Made by a program: the position numbers and the translations under genes. From the NCBI RefSeq assembly GCF_006345805.1, contig NC_043002.1, forward strand, positions 620,001-684,000: 64,000 nt of DNA, read 5' to 3'. The stretch's first letter is position 1. Each line of letters starts with the position of its first letter. Source of the DNA: Octopus sinensis (taxonomy: Eukaryota). The notes under the pieces were generated by a model. It did no database searches, had not been told where the DNA came from, and saw only the letters and a program-made list of their open reading frames with translations. Positions 52,667-64,000 of this stretch are shown here, in pieces.

Positions 52667-54089
52667 CTAGAAAAACGATATATATATAAAAAAATTGTCA
52701 AAAATGGTCAGAATTTGCTAAATTCAATGTAAATTTCTATATTAATTTTTTTTATTGCCTAAACCACAATCTTACATTTGTGTAATATAAAAAACATTGG
52801 AATATTATTCAGGAAATAATCCCAGATGTCAATATAAAGCTGGAGGTCATTTAACTGCATGAATTAACACCATTAACTGTACAATTAATAGTGTGAAGTA
52901 ATATAAACTGCAGCAGCAATCTCTGCCTGCAAGAAAACTTCTCATTTCATTATTATTCTTTTAGTTAAAGAGTCATAAAGTCTTTGTAAAAACAACTCAA
53001 AATTGCATGACTTTTGAATGAAGATTAAGGAATTCCTGTTTTCCAATAATTATTAGAAAGACTCAAAAGTGAAAATCCTTTGAGTCTTGCAATGATGCTG
53101 GCAGAGTAGAATTCAGAGAAATCTGACAAATAGGATAACTGAACAAACTGGGTCTTTGAAGCTGAACTTTAGAATAAACCTCCTTTCAAGAATTACTGAC
53201 CTTTCAAGAGTTCATGTGGAACCATGCCTAAAAACAATTTCATGTTTGGTGCACTTTTTCTGAACAAGACCATTACTATACATTCAGCAGATTTTAGCCA
53301 CCACTGAGAAGAGAGCAAACAGAACCAGCAGACAGTAGCAGACTGTCACAATACAGAATCAATGGATGGCAGCATCAGCAGCAGCAGAAAGGCACAATAA
53401 CCAGCTGACACCAAGCGTCACTATTACCAGACATTGTCCAAGAATAATATGATTGATGGCAGTTTTTCATGTCCAGAGACCATGAGAAGAAACAGCACAC
53501 CCTCAAATGGCTATGTAAACTGATCTCTTTCTGCATGCGCTTGGTACTTTTTCAAGTGAGAGTCAGTATGCACAATCGCGTGCCACACTTTAGACTTGGA
53601 GCTCTGACCACAGTAGCTCACTTGGCTAAGATGGCTGTGATGGTCTGCAAGCCATAGGTTTTACATTAAAGCAGCCTTTCCTAGGCAAATTGCCTAACAG
53701 GGCAGGAGAACTCCACCTAACCGGAAGCTGCTGGAAGGGTGTTAAAGAGGACCTGGGGCCACCTAGGGGACTCACTCCTTGATTAGCTGTGAAGGTTCAC
53801 TCCCTTAGCCTTTTCCTTTCCCATGGTACTTACAGGGCAGTGACGGTTTGTGCTTTCAGTGTCGTCCATGACATGCTAATTAACCCATGGCTGGAACCCT
53901 GACAGAAGCTACTATTCAATGGATTAGTAGACCTGGGAACACTAGTGGCTAAGAAGTGGTTTCCCATTCCTGAACCAGGCCCCACTACTGAGTGCACCTT
54001 GAAGTTTTACAGATGTCAAAACAGGAGAATAGAGTATTCATAGCAACTTTACACATGCTTCAGTTACACAATGGTTTTGTAGTAATCAC

Positions 54090-54129
<40 letters not shown>

Positions 54130-54912
54130 GTGAGTGTGCGTGCGCATGCGTGTGTGTGTGTGTGTCTAGGGTGTGAGTGTAAATACATGTTGCATAGCTA
54201 CATGGGAAAATGTGGGATGAGTCTGCTGCCCTGACGTTTGTTTTATCTCATCTAATCATCAAGATTACTGCTTGGCTTTCCTGATCTTTAAGCCAACTCA
54301 TGACTACAGCATACCAGGGTTACTTGTACATTCTGCAAGTCATTATTAGCAATAAACTAATTTATAATCTAAATGAGATAAGTCTTCTGAAATAATATAG
54401 TTGTTTGACCTCTTTTCTTCTTGTTTGCCCATCAATGCCACTCCTTTTAATTTCTCTATAAATTTGAATGTTATTTTCAAAATACCACTTTTGTTGGCTG
54501 GATTCATCCTGATTGATCTATTGTCTCAATTGTTTGTTAACTGTTTACAATTTTAACTGAAAGTCGAGTATTATATGTCAAGATGTAATTTACGAATATG
54601 TCAATAAAATTCCACTGAAACAGTTGTCATAAAGTTTAAACTCCATTTGCATTCTCTTTTTATACTTCATGCCACACTCAGCATCTGAATTGGATCTACA
54701 GTTTCAATTAGATTCCGTACTAACATATCCTACCAACTCTTGATATTTTCATAGTTGCTTACCCCACTGGCAACCCGAGCAATGAAACTTCTTTTTTTTT
54801 TTTCTCGTGTGTGTTAGAAAATTTGGACTGGTCCTTTGATGGATTATTATCTTTAAATTAGCCATGGGGCATTGGAACTTCCTTGAACGAATAATTTGTT
54901 GAGATCCCTGTT

Positions 54913-54996
54913 CATCCTGATGAGGGGGTCACTGCTGAGATGTCCCTTAACTTGTAATCGAACCGCGGCAATGAACTCCCGAAATGGCCATTGATG
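54913..54996 (+). ncRNA. Type I hammerhead ribozyme fold with long loop II
   Basis: CAUC-CUGAUGA-GGGGGU-(45 nt)-ACUCCC-GAAA-UGGCCA-UU-GAUG; stem I CAUC/GAUG, palindromic stem III AUGGCCAU, AUU triplet. Confidence 0.6.
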
Positions 54997-55319
54997 TGTC
55001 TAACTTGATTTTGTGGAACTCTTTTACGCTCCTTAACTCCAACCTAAAATGGTTTTTATGAAATGAACTTTTTTTTTACTTACTTTTTTTTGTTTGAGGG
55101 GAGTAAATAAAATCATTTTAGTTAATTCATATTTTATTTTATTTAGATTTTTAATCTTAGTGATTGTATATACCTTCTTCATTGTATATACCATTCTATA
55201 TATATCTACATTTTTATATATTTTTTACTTTCTGTGTTGTTTATACATATATTCTTTATATGTCGAAAGGCCATCGTAATATTAATATATGATCAAATGT
55301 TTGGAGGCGTGGGGTTATG

Positions 55320-55362
<43 letters not shown>

Positions 55363-55363
<1 letters not shown>

Positions 55364-58315
55364 CATCATCATCATCATCATTATCGTTTAACGTCCGTTT
55401 TCCATGCTAGCATGGGTTGGACAGTTTGACCGGGGTCTGGGAAGCCAGGAGGCTGCACCAGGCTCCAGTCTGATCTGGCAGTGTTTCTACAGCTGGATGC
55501 ACTTCCTAACGCCAACCACTCCGTGAGTGTAGTGGGGGCTTTTTACGTGCCACCGGCACAGAAGCCAGTCAAGGCAGCACTGGCATAAGCCACGTTCGGA
55601 TGGTGCTTTTTACGTGCCACCGGCACAGATATCACAACTATTTCCATTGATATTTATTTCGATGTTCATGTACTTGACTCAATAGGTCTCCTCAAGCACA
55701 GTGGGATGTTCTGGAATCCAAGGTACTTTGAATGGGCTGGGGCTATGCGGAACTGGTGCAGGAAGCAGCCTGGGTCTTTGCAGTCACAGCATATCTCCAG
55801 AGATCTCGGTCCTTCGTCATTGCTTCTGTGAGGCCCAATGCTCTGAGGTCATGCTTGACTACCTCATCCCATGTCTTCCTGGGTCTACCTCTAGCCCAGA
55901 TTCCTTCAACTGTTTGGGAGTGGCACTTCTTCACACATCTCTCCTCATCCATCCGCAGTACATGACCATACCATCGCAAGCGTCTCTCTTGCACACCACA
56001 TCTGATGCTTCTTATGTCCAGCATTTCTCTCAGAGTGCTTACACTCTGTCGTGCGTGCACACTGACATTACACATCCAGCGGATCATGTTAGCTTCATTT
56101 CTATCAAGTCTACGCATGTCCTCTGCAGTCACGGCCCATGTTTCACTGCCGTGAAGCATGGCAGTTCGCACACATGCATCATACAATCTACCTTTCACTC
56201 TGAGCGAGAGACCCTTTGTCACCAGTAGGGGTAGGAGCTTTCTAAACTTTGCCCAGGCTATTCGTATTCTAGTGGTGACACTCTCTGAGCATCCACCTCC
56301 ACTACTAACTTGGTCACCTAGGTAGCGGAAACTATCAACTACTTCTAGTTTCTCCCCCTTGAGTGTGATGGAATCTGTTTTCTGAGTATCTGTGGTGTTT
56401 ATTGTCCCTGTGCATCTATCGCACATGAAAGCTATCTTATCAGTTAATTTCCCTTTGATGTTTCTGCACCTTTTATGCGTCCATAGCTTACATTGGGTGC
56501 ATCTTATGGAGTTTCTACCTACACCTTTCCTACAGATCAAGCAGGGCCACCTGCCCGAGGGTGTGTGTGCTGAGTTCGCCTTTCTGCTTACTATAACTTT
56601 GGTCTTTGCTACATTTACTCTAAGGCCCTTTGATTCTAAACCTTGCTTCCACACCCAAAATTTCTTTTCTAGTTCCGGTAGTGATTCTGCTATGAGAGCC
56701 AGGTCATCAGCATAGAGGAGCTCCCAGGGGCAACCTGTTTTGAATTCCTCTGTTATTGCCTGGAGGACTATGATGAATAAAAGGGGACTGAGTGCTGAAC
56801 CTTGGTGGACTCCTACTTCTACCCGGAATTCTTCACTATACTCATTGCTTGTACAGCCCTTATTAGCCATTCGTCAATCTCCAGTTTCCGCATTGACCAC
56901 CAGATAAGGGATTGGGGGACCCTGTCAAAGGCTTTCTCCAAGTCCACAAAAGCTATGTAGAGGGGTTTATCTTTAGCTAGGTATTTCTCCTGCAGTTGTC
57001 GAACCAGGAATATGGCATCAGTGGTGCTTCTACCCGGCACAAAACCAAACTGCATCTCATCTAAGCAAATTCTCTCCCTAATGAGATGGGTTATGACCCT
57101 CTCTGTGACCTTCATCACCTGATCCAACAGTTTAATACCCCTGTAGTTATTTCTATCTAGAGTATCACCCTTACCCTTGTAGCAGTTGACTATAGTGCTG
57201 CTATGCCAGTCATTGGGTATGACTCCATTATGAACTACCTGGTTTACAATGCGGGTGACTAGGCCATAGCCCACACAACCAGATGTTTTAAGCATCTCAG
57301 CAGTGATTCCTGATGGGCCGGGGGCTTTTCCTGGTTTCATACCCTTAATTGCCTTAACTACTAGGGAGCTGTCTATTCGGATAGCTGGACCCTCTACTGG
57401 GTCAACATTTGGCAGGCTCTCCTCCCATTCATTCTCCACGTTCAGCAGTCTTTCATAATGGCTTCTCCAAGCCTCTTTCTTTTCACAATCATTAAAAGCA
57501 AGTGCCCCATCATCCATGCGGACGCATTTCTCTCCTGTAACATCACTATTTTCTCTCACACACTGTCTAGCAATCCGAAATACCTCAGTTCTTTGGTCCT
57601 CATGTCGCTGGACATTGGCAAACTTCTTCTTTTCTGCTATATCTTTGGCTATGTATACCTGCCGCCCGACCTCCCTTTTGGCTACTTGGTACGGTTCCCT
57701 GCTACCTCCATCCCTCCAGGCTCTCCAGGCCTGTTTTTTGCACTAATGGCTTTGCCTACTGCACTATTCCACCACCACGTAACTCTAGGTCTGGAAGGGA
57801 CTTTGCACCATCCACAGACTTGGTCTGTGGCACTCAGCAAGCTGTCCCGTAGGAATTCCCAGCTACCTTCTATGTCCAACGTCTGTAGCTCCTCCTCCCT
57901 CTCATCAAATTTTTTGATGAGGATGTCCCTAAATCTCTGACCATGTGAAGGGTTCTTTAGCTTCCAAATCCTTCTTTTCTGGATTGGTCTGTTTCTTGGT
58001 ATCCTTCTGGTCTCAAGCCTAAAGTCACTAATGACTAGCCTATGCTGAGGGGTACATTCTTCACCCGGGAGGGTCTTTGTATTTAAGAGTGACCCTGCAT
58101 CCCGCTGTCTGGTGAGGATGAAGTCTATTTGGCTAGCGGAGTCCCCTGACTGATAGGTTATAAGGTGGCAGTCAGACTTCCTGAAGTTAGTGTTGCAGAT
58201 TAAAAGGTTACATGCATCACAGAACTCCAGTAGTCTAGTTCCCTCATCATTTCTGGTGCCAATACCATGGCCACCGTGTACCCCAGTGAAGATACCCAAT
58301 TCCTGCCCAACATGC

Positions 58316-58317
<2 letters not shown>
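55363..58317 (-). mobile_element. Long RTE LINE (APE C-half, RT, PHD finger, C-terminal domain, 3' UTR), 5'-truncated at a (TA)n tract
   Basis: ORFs 57682-58299 (SQIDFIL, PQHRLV), 56819-57559 and 55743-56870 (GVHQGSALSP, YADD, CLIC-CTQC-HKRC-CDRC); A-run frameshift near 57737; short deletion near 56850. Confidence 0.95.
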
Positions 58318-58357
<40 letters not shown>

Positions 58358-58360
<3 letters not shown>

Positions 58361-58713
58361 AAAAAAGGAGATGTCGAACACGAGTGGTGATATATAAAAA
58401 AGGAAATGAAGAAAATGCTGACAAATAATTGAAGTAATTTAAGTAATTTAATTAGGTGAAAGTTCTTTTTACCGGTTGCGCATTTGTTATGCTTATCAAA
58501 ATATAAAAGAGAGATTAGAGTTCCTTTCTTATAGAATTTTTCCTCTTATCTGCTCATCTGATAAGAGGAAAAATTCTATAAGAAAGGAACTCTAATCTCT
58601 CTTTTATATTTTGATAAGCATAACAAATGCGCAACCGGTAAAAAGAACTTTCACCTAATTAAATTACTTAAATTACTTCAATTATTTGTCAGCATTTTCT
58701 TCATTTCCTTTTT

Positions 58714-58750
<37 letters not shown>

Positions 58751-59125
58751 TATATATATATATATATATATTTAAAAAAAGGAGATGTCGAACACGAGTG
58801 GTGATATATAAAAAAGGAAATGAAGAAAATGCTGACAAATAATTGAAGTAATTTAAGTAATTTAATTAGGTGAAAGTTCTTTTTACCGGTTGCGCATTTG
58901 TTATGCTTATCAAAATATAAAAGAGAGATTAGAGTTCCTTTCTTATAGAATTTTTCCTCTTATCTGCTCATCTGATAAGAGGAAAAATTCTATAAGAAAG
59001 GAACTCTAATCTCTCTTTTATATTTTGATAAGCATAACAAATGCGCAACCGGTAAAAAGAACTTTCACCTAATTAAATTACTTAAATTACTTCAATTATT
59101 TGTCAGCATTTTCTTCATTTCCTTT
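58358..59125. repeat. Two tandem 414-bp units, each with a perfect ~160-bp-arm palindrome, separated and flanked by (TA)n
   Basis: Arms fold around the loop TGCTCATCT (about 58551-58559 and 58965-58973); CGAGTGG at 58381 recurs at 58795. Confidence 0.9.
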
Positions 59126-59127
59126 TT

Positions 59128-59169
<42 letters not shown>

Positions 59170-59223
59170 AGAAATATTGAATTTCTAAATGTCTCAGAGA
59201 GACGTAAGCGATGGTGAAGCGAC

Positions 59224-59612
59224 ATAGTGGTCGTATACTGTCAACTCAATATGACAGTCCCGTAAAGGGAATTACACCACCACCATTTAGCCCTAGGAAG
59301 CTTCGACGTCTCCTGTCAGCTTTGACACATTTTCTGTGTCCTTATATTTGCAAAGGGGAGGCAATCACCCCCGCAAGCCGGGACAAGGCACGTGAAGACA
59401 TATGTTTCTGAGTGTATTGCTCATTGTCAGTTCAGGGTAGCCTGCCTCACTCGCTGAGATGACTGCAACCTCTCTGCAAATATATCATATTATCAGTAAA
59501 ATTTATTTACTGATCACCGAAATTAGAAATATTGAATTTCTAAGGGCAAAACGGCGGTGGTGTAATTCCCTTATTGGACTGTCACATTGAGTTGACAGTA
59601 TACGACCACTAT
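59224..59612. mobile_element. MITE-like element with ~75-bp terminal inverted repeats
   Basis: ATAGTGGTCGTATACTGTCAACTCAAT...GGGAATTACACCACC at left is mirrored at 59540-59612 with a few mismatches. Confidence 0.7.
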
Positions 59613-59639
59613 ATATATATATATATGTATATATTATAA

Positions 59640-61335
59640 CCAGCGAGGCAGTTGCAATGGAATACATTGACATTAGCGAAGAAGATGTCCTACTAGCCAT
59701 AGATGAAGCGGACACAAACTCAACTGCTGGTCCTGATGATTTCCCAGCCATCCTCGTGTAAGCATGCCCTGGCAAAACCCCTCAAGATTCTCTTCCAGAG
59801 CTGTCTTACAAATGGCAAACTGCCAAGCAAGCTAAAGGAGGGAATAATATGCCCAATACATAAAGGGGGAAGTAGAGCAGATGCCAAAAACTATAGGCCT
59901 ATCTGACTTCACACATCAGCAAAGTCATGGAACGGATAGTCAGAAAGAAACTAATCGCATTCCTTGAGGAAAATAACTTGCTGAGTGATACCCAGCAAGG
60001 TTTTCGACCAGGTAGGAGTTACCTGACCCAGCTCTTACAACATTATGACTGGGCGTTGAGGCAGTTACTCAACAAATCAAATGTGGACGTAATCTACCTT
60101 GATTTTGCAAAAGCTTTTGACAAGGTAGATCATGGTATGATATGCCACAAACTACGTGACCTCGGCATAGCTGGAAAACTTGGAGTGTGGTTACATGACT
60201 TCCTGAAAGATAGGAGTCAGTCAGTAGTGGTTAATGGAGCCACCTCTATGAACACACAAATAGTGAGCGGTGTTCCATAGGTCACTGTCTTGGGACCACT
60301 GCTTTTTATAGTGGCCGTCTCAGATATGCCCTCAAATGCCTGGATAGCCACTCTGGCAAGCTATGTAGACGATACGAAAGTCTCGCAGAAAATACAGAAC
60401 CCCAGCGATGTTGCACATCTGCAGCAGGAGTTGGACTCAATCTACAGATGGGCTGAGGATAATAATATGCAGTTTAATGCTGAAAAATTTCAGGCCCTGT
60501 GCTACCAGCATCAAAAACTGAATATTAAACTTACAGGATACCCCGGTCAACAGGGAATTTCAATCCCAGAGCCTAAGTCTGTGAGGGACCTGGGTATCGA
60601 TATGAGTGAGGATACCTCTTTCCAAGTGCACATTACCATGATGGCTACAAAGTGCAGACGACTGGCTGGGTGGATCCTAAAAACATTCAGAACCAGAGAT
60701 AAGGAAACCATGATGGTCCTCTGGCGGACATTCGTCCTCAGATGCCTGGATTACTGCTCACAGCTATGGTCACCCACCAGTGTAAAATTAACAGCGGACC
60801 TTGAAGCAATCCAGAGAAGATTCACAAAGAAGATCGTCTCTTTGCAACAGCTCAGTTACTGGGAAAGGTTGAAACAGCTAAGACTCTATTCCCTGGAGAG
60901 AAGACGGGAGAGGTATGCAGTAATATACACCTGGAAGATCCCGGAAGGAATCGTGCCAAATTTTGGCATTGTAAGCTACACCAATGCTAGAAAGGGACGA
61001 CACTGCATAGTGCCAAAGATCCCAGCAATGCCATCACGCTTCAGGACCAGCTTCTGCAACAGCCTGGGTTTCAAGGGCCCACAGCTTTTTAATATTCTCC
61101 CAAAGAGTCTGAGGAACTTGCACAAAGTAGATGTAGGGGTTTTTAAATCAAACCTGGAACTCTTCCTGTCAAGAGTCCCAGATGAACCTACCTCACGGCA
61201 AGAGGTGCAAATGAGGGTAGCTATATCAAACTCCATTCTTCACCAAGTGCCACATATTAGAGGAGGCTCTTAGTAATAAAAGTGTAGTACAAATGGCGGT
61301 GCATCAGCATGGCCGCAGCTCTGAGCTGAAACAAA
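59640..61335 (+). mobile_element. 5'-truncated CR1-like LINE (RT to 3' UTR)
   Basis: AGPDDFP, NYRPI, QGFRPGRS, YLDFAKAFDKVDH, SGVP*VTVLGPLLF, YVDD, RDLGI, LDYCSQLWSP, LERRRERY. Confidence 0.93.
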
Positions 61336-61450
61336 TGTATATATATATATATATATAAAATATTATTAGAGACAAAACCACTATTTTGCAAAACAAACAA
61401 GGAAAGACTTAATCAATACATAAAATTTTAATAAATAGTCAAAAAAACCG

Positions 61451-61493
61451 CCACTACAATTGTTTCTTGTCTTGATCGACAATCTTCAGGTGG
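61451..61493 (-). ncRNA. Minimal type I hammerhead ribozyme
   Basis: CCAC-CUGAAGA-UUGUC-GAUCAA-GACAA-GAAA-CAAUUG-UA-GUGG; intact core, 4-bp stem I, 5-bp stem II, palindromic stem III ACAAUUGU, GUA triplet. Confidence 0.75.
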
Positions 61494-61949
61494 ACTTCCA
61501 ATCTAAAATATCAATATTTTAAAATATAAAAATAATAATTTTAAAATAATTAAAGTATGAATGAAAAAATATAAATATATAATCCATATATAACCTATAT
61601 ATAATCCATATATAATCAATATATAAACAATATATAAACTAATATAAACTAAAATAAACCTATCAACAATTAAATATAAAATATAAAATATAAAATATAA
61701 AATATAAAATATAAAACAAGACAAAAAAATAATAATAATATAATAATAAACTATATATACACCCATACACATATACCTAATTATATATAACCATATCTAA
61801 CTACATACACTAAATCACACACCTATATATATATCCCTATACATACACATAAAAACGTCTAGGCAACTATAAATAAATAAAATAGCTAAATACTTCAACA
61901 CAATACTTATTCATACTCCCACACACACACACACATACAACCCACATTC

Positions 61950-63620
61950 ACGCTCTAGAAAACGGACATCACTTAAAATTATGAACGGAGAAATGGAATA
62001 AATGGAATTAAAAATTATATTCACTTGGTAAAACGAACACTACTTAAAAATTATGAATGAAACAATGCAATAAAACAACAGACATCGCAAATAGACACAA
62101 ATTACTACGAATTCCGTAACAAACCTACCATGATAAACCAAAACTCATAAAAACATATAATGATAAAATCTCCCTTTACTAAACTCTATAACATACCTAT
62201 ATAGCAATCCCCCTAACCTAAACATTCACACACAAATACACACACGTAAACCACACACCCACGACATATACAAATACCCACACCACTTACACATACCTAT
62301 ACATACATATAAACCTCAACATATACTCCAAAAACCCACTCAACCCCACACAGACAATAAACACAAAAATTATGAATGGATTCTTTTATAAAACTACCAT
62401 GATAAGCTAAAACTCACAAAACATAAATGATAAAACCTCCCTTTACTAAACACTATAACATACTTATATAGCAATCCCTTTAACCTATACATTCACACAC
62501 AAATACACACACGTAAACCACACACCCATAACAAATACAAACACCCACCCCACTCACACACACCCACAAGTACATATAAGCCTCAACATATACACCAAAC
62601 AAAATTACTTTACCAAGGAACTTAACATATGTATAAAAAGTATAACCGCTCTGGAAACGAACATCTTTTAAAATAATGAATGGAGAAATGGAATAAATGG
62701 AATTAAAAATAATATTCACGTGGCAAAACGAACACCACTCAAAAATTATGAATGAAACAATGTAATAAAACAACCAACATCGAAAATAGACAAATTACCA
62801 CGAATTCCCTAAAAAAACCATGATAAACCAAAACTCTTAAAAACATATAACGATAAAATCTCCCTTTGCTAAACTCTATAACAAACCTATATAGCAATCC
62901 CCCTAACCTAAACATTCACACACAAATACACACACGTAAACCACAGACCCACGACTTATACACATACCTATACTAACTTATAAACCTCAATATACACCAC
63001 TCCCTCCCCACACAGACAAATTAACACATACATCCCAAAACCTAAATAACAAACCCATATACACATTCACACACAAACACACACACACGCAAAACACACA
63101 CACACACAACAGATACATATACTCCCTCACATATACGCATATACATACTCACTAAACTCGATATATACAACAATATTTACACACCCACACTCATACAGAT
63201 AAATAAATTATACAACTAAAAACTCACACACAATCTCATATACATAAACACTCCTATGAAAAACAACATTAAATACATCGTAATTAACCAGAATATCAAA
63301 AATAACAATATGACATAAGGAGAAATAAAATACATACTTACAAGTCAGTTTCAAATTATGAAGTGAAATTAAATTCTTAGCCGTTAAAAAAATCAAACCA
63401 AAATTACGTTACCATAGAAATATAACTTATGTAAAAAAAGAATACGCACCATGGAAAGTAAACGTCATTTAAAATTATGAATGGAGAAATAGAATAAATG
63501 GAACTAAAAACTATATCCACGTGGCAAACCAACACTACTTAAAAAAAAAAAAAAAAAAAAAATTATTATGAATGGATTCTTTAAAAAACTACCATGATAA
63601 ATTATTATATACATTTATGA
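61950..63620. repeat. Diverged tandem array of C/A-rich units (main period about 690-700 bp, with partial subunits)
   Basis: AAAATTATGAA..GGAGAAATGGAATAAATGGAATTAAAAA at about 61977, 62670 and 63472; ATGATAAAA.CTCCCTTTACTAAA at about 62160, 62428 and 62850. Confidence 0.8.
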
Positions 63621-64000
63621 GCTTTAGCTCATCTTAGCAGCTCTAACAAACAACTTGCAGTAACCCAAATCTATTCTCGATGCCTGCCTTACTACTACAC
63701 TATTCCATTCACAATTCCAAGCAACGCTAGTCCACCACCCGGTTACAATTCCCAACTCCACCCGTTCATTCACAATTTCAATGACGTTCGCCTCCACAGC
63801 GCTACATATAAGCCTCAACATATACACCGGAGATTCACTTTCACATCCGTGCGGATGGGTGAGAGTATACATTGAGTGTAGTGATGGGGCTCCCATTACT
63901 ATACACATTTGTACCTGTGTGGTAGTCTCCATGTGTATATTCACGCACGGGTATAAATGCAGGGGGTACACGCGCACGTCATGTGCGTGTACCCCCTCAC

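Noticed and set aside
53201-53227. Candidate 27-bp upstream ERICH2 exon (MVPHELLK, ag...gtcagt)
   Set aside because: It resembles the APLELM motif, but ends in phase 1 while the next exon needs phase 0; the phase-0 reading has a stop. Worth checking in RNA-seq but not called
55701-57940. Plus-strand ORFs of 100-175 aa
   Set aside because: Antisense shadows of the RTE ORF; the same applies to those overlapping the CR1 elements

Overview
AT-rich, repeat-saturated animal genomic DNA. The RTE, SINE, Penelope and mariner families look like those of a coleoid cephalopod, most likely Octopus; this is inferred from family recognition, not from a search. The only supportable host gene is the 3' part of an ERICH2-like gene on the minus strand. 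It has three short exons (52609-52666, 51856-51927, 51429-51589) with canonical GT-AG sites and matching phases, all missed by the ORF track; its upstream exons were not found. The rest is mostly decayed mobile DNA: about 10 RTE LINE pieces with a PHD finger behind the RT and modular 3' UTRs, CR1-like LINEs (one long, with only two frameshifts), R4/Dong-like RLE LINEs, a CsRn1/Kabuki-like Gypsy relic, several Penelope-like GIY-YIG relics, mariners, a Buster-type hAT with TIRs and TSD, non-autonomous Helitrons, MITEs, several tRNA-derived SINE families and many microsatellites. Most interesting are two type I hammerhead ribozyme folds with intact cores plus variants, a tandemly duplicated perfect ~330-bp palindrome carrying a hammerhead-like motif, a CR1 LINE whose 3' tail matches a local SINE family, Penelope GIY-YIG relics with low-complexity linkers and no visible RT, and an unidentified multi-ORF coding relic at 5.7-7.3 kb. 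Boundaries of decayed elements are approximate. No database search or alignment was run.
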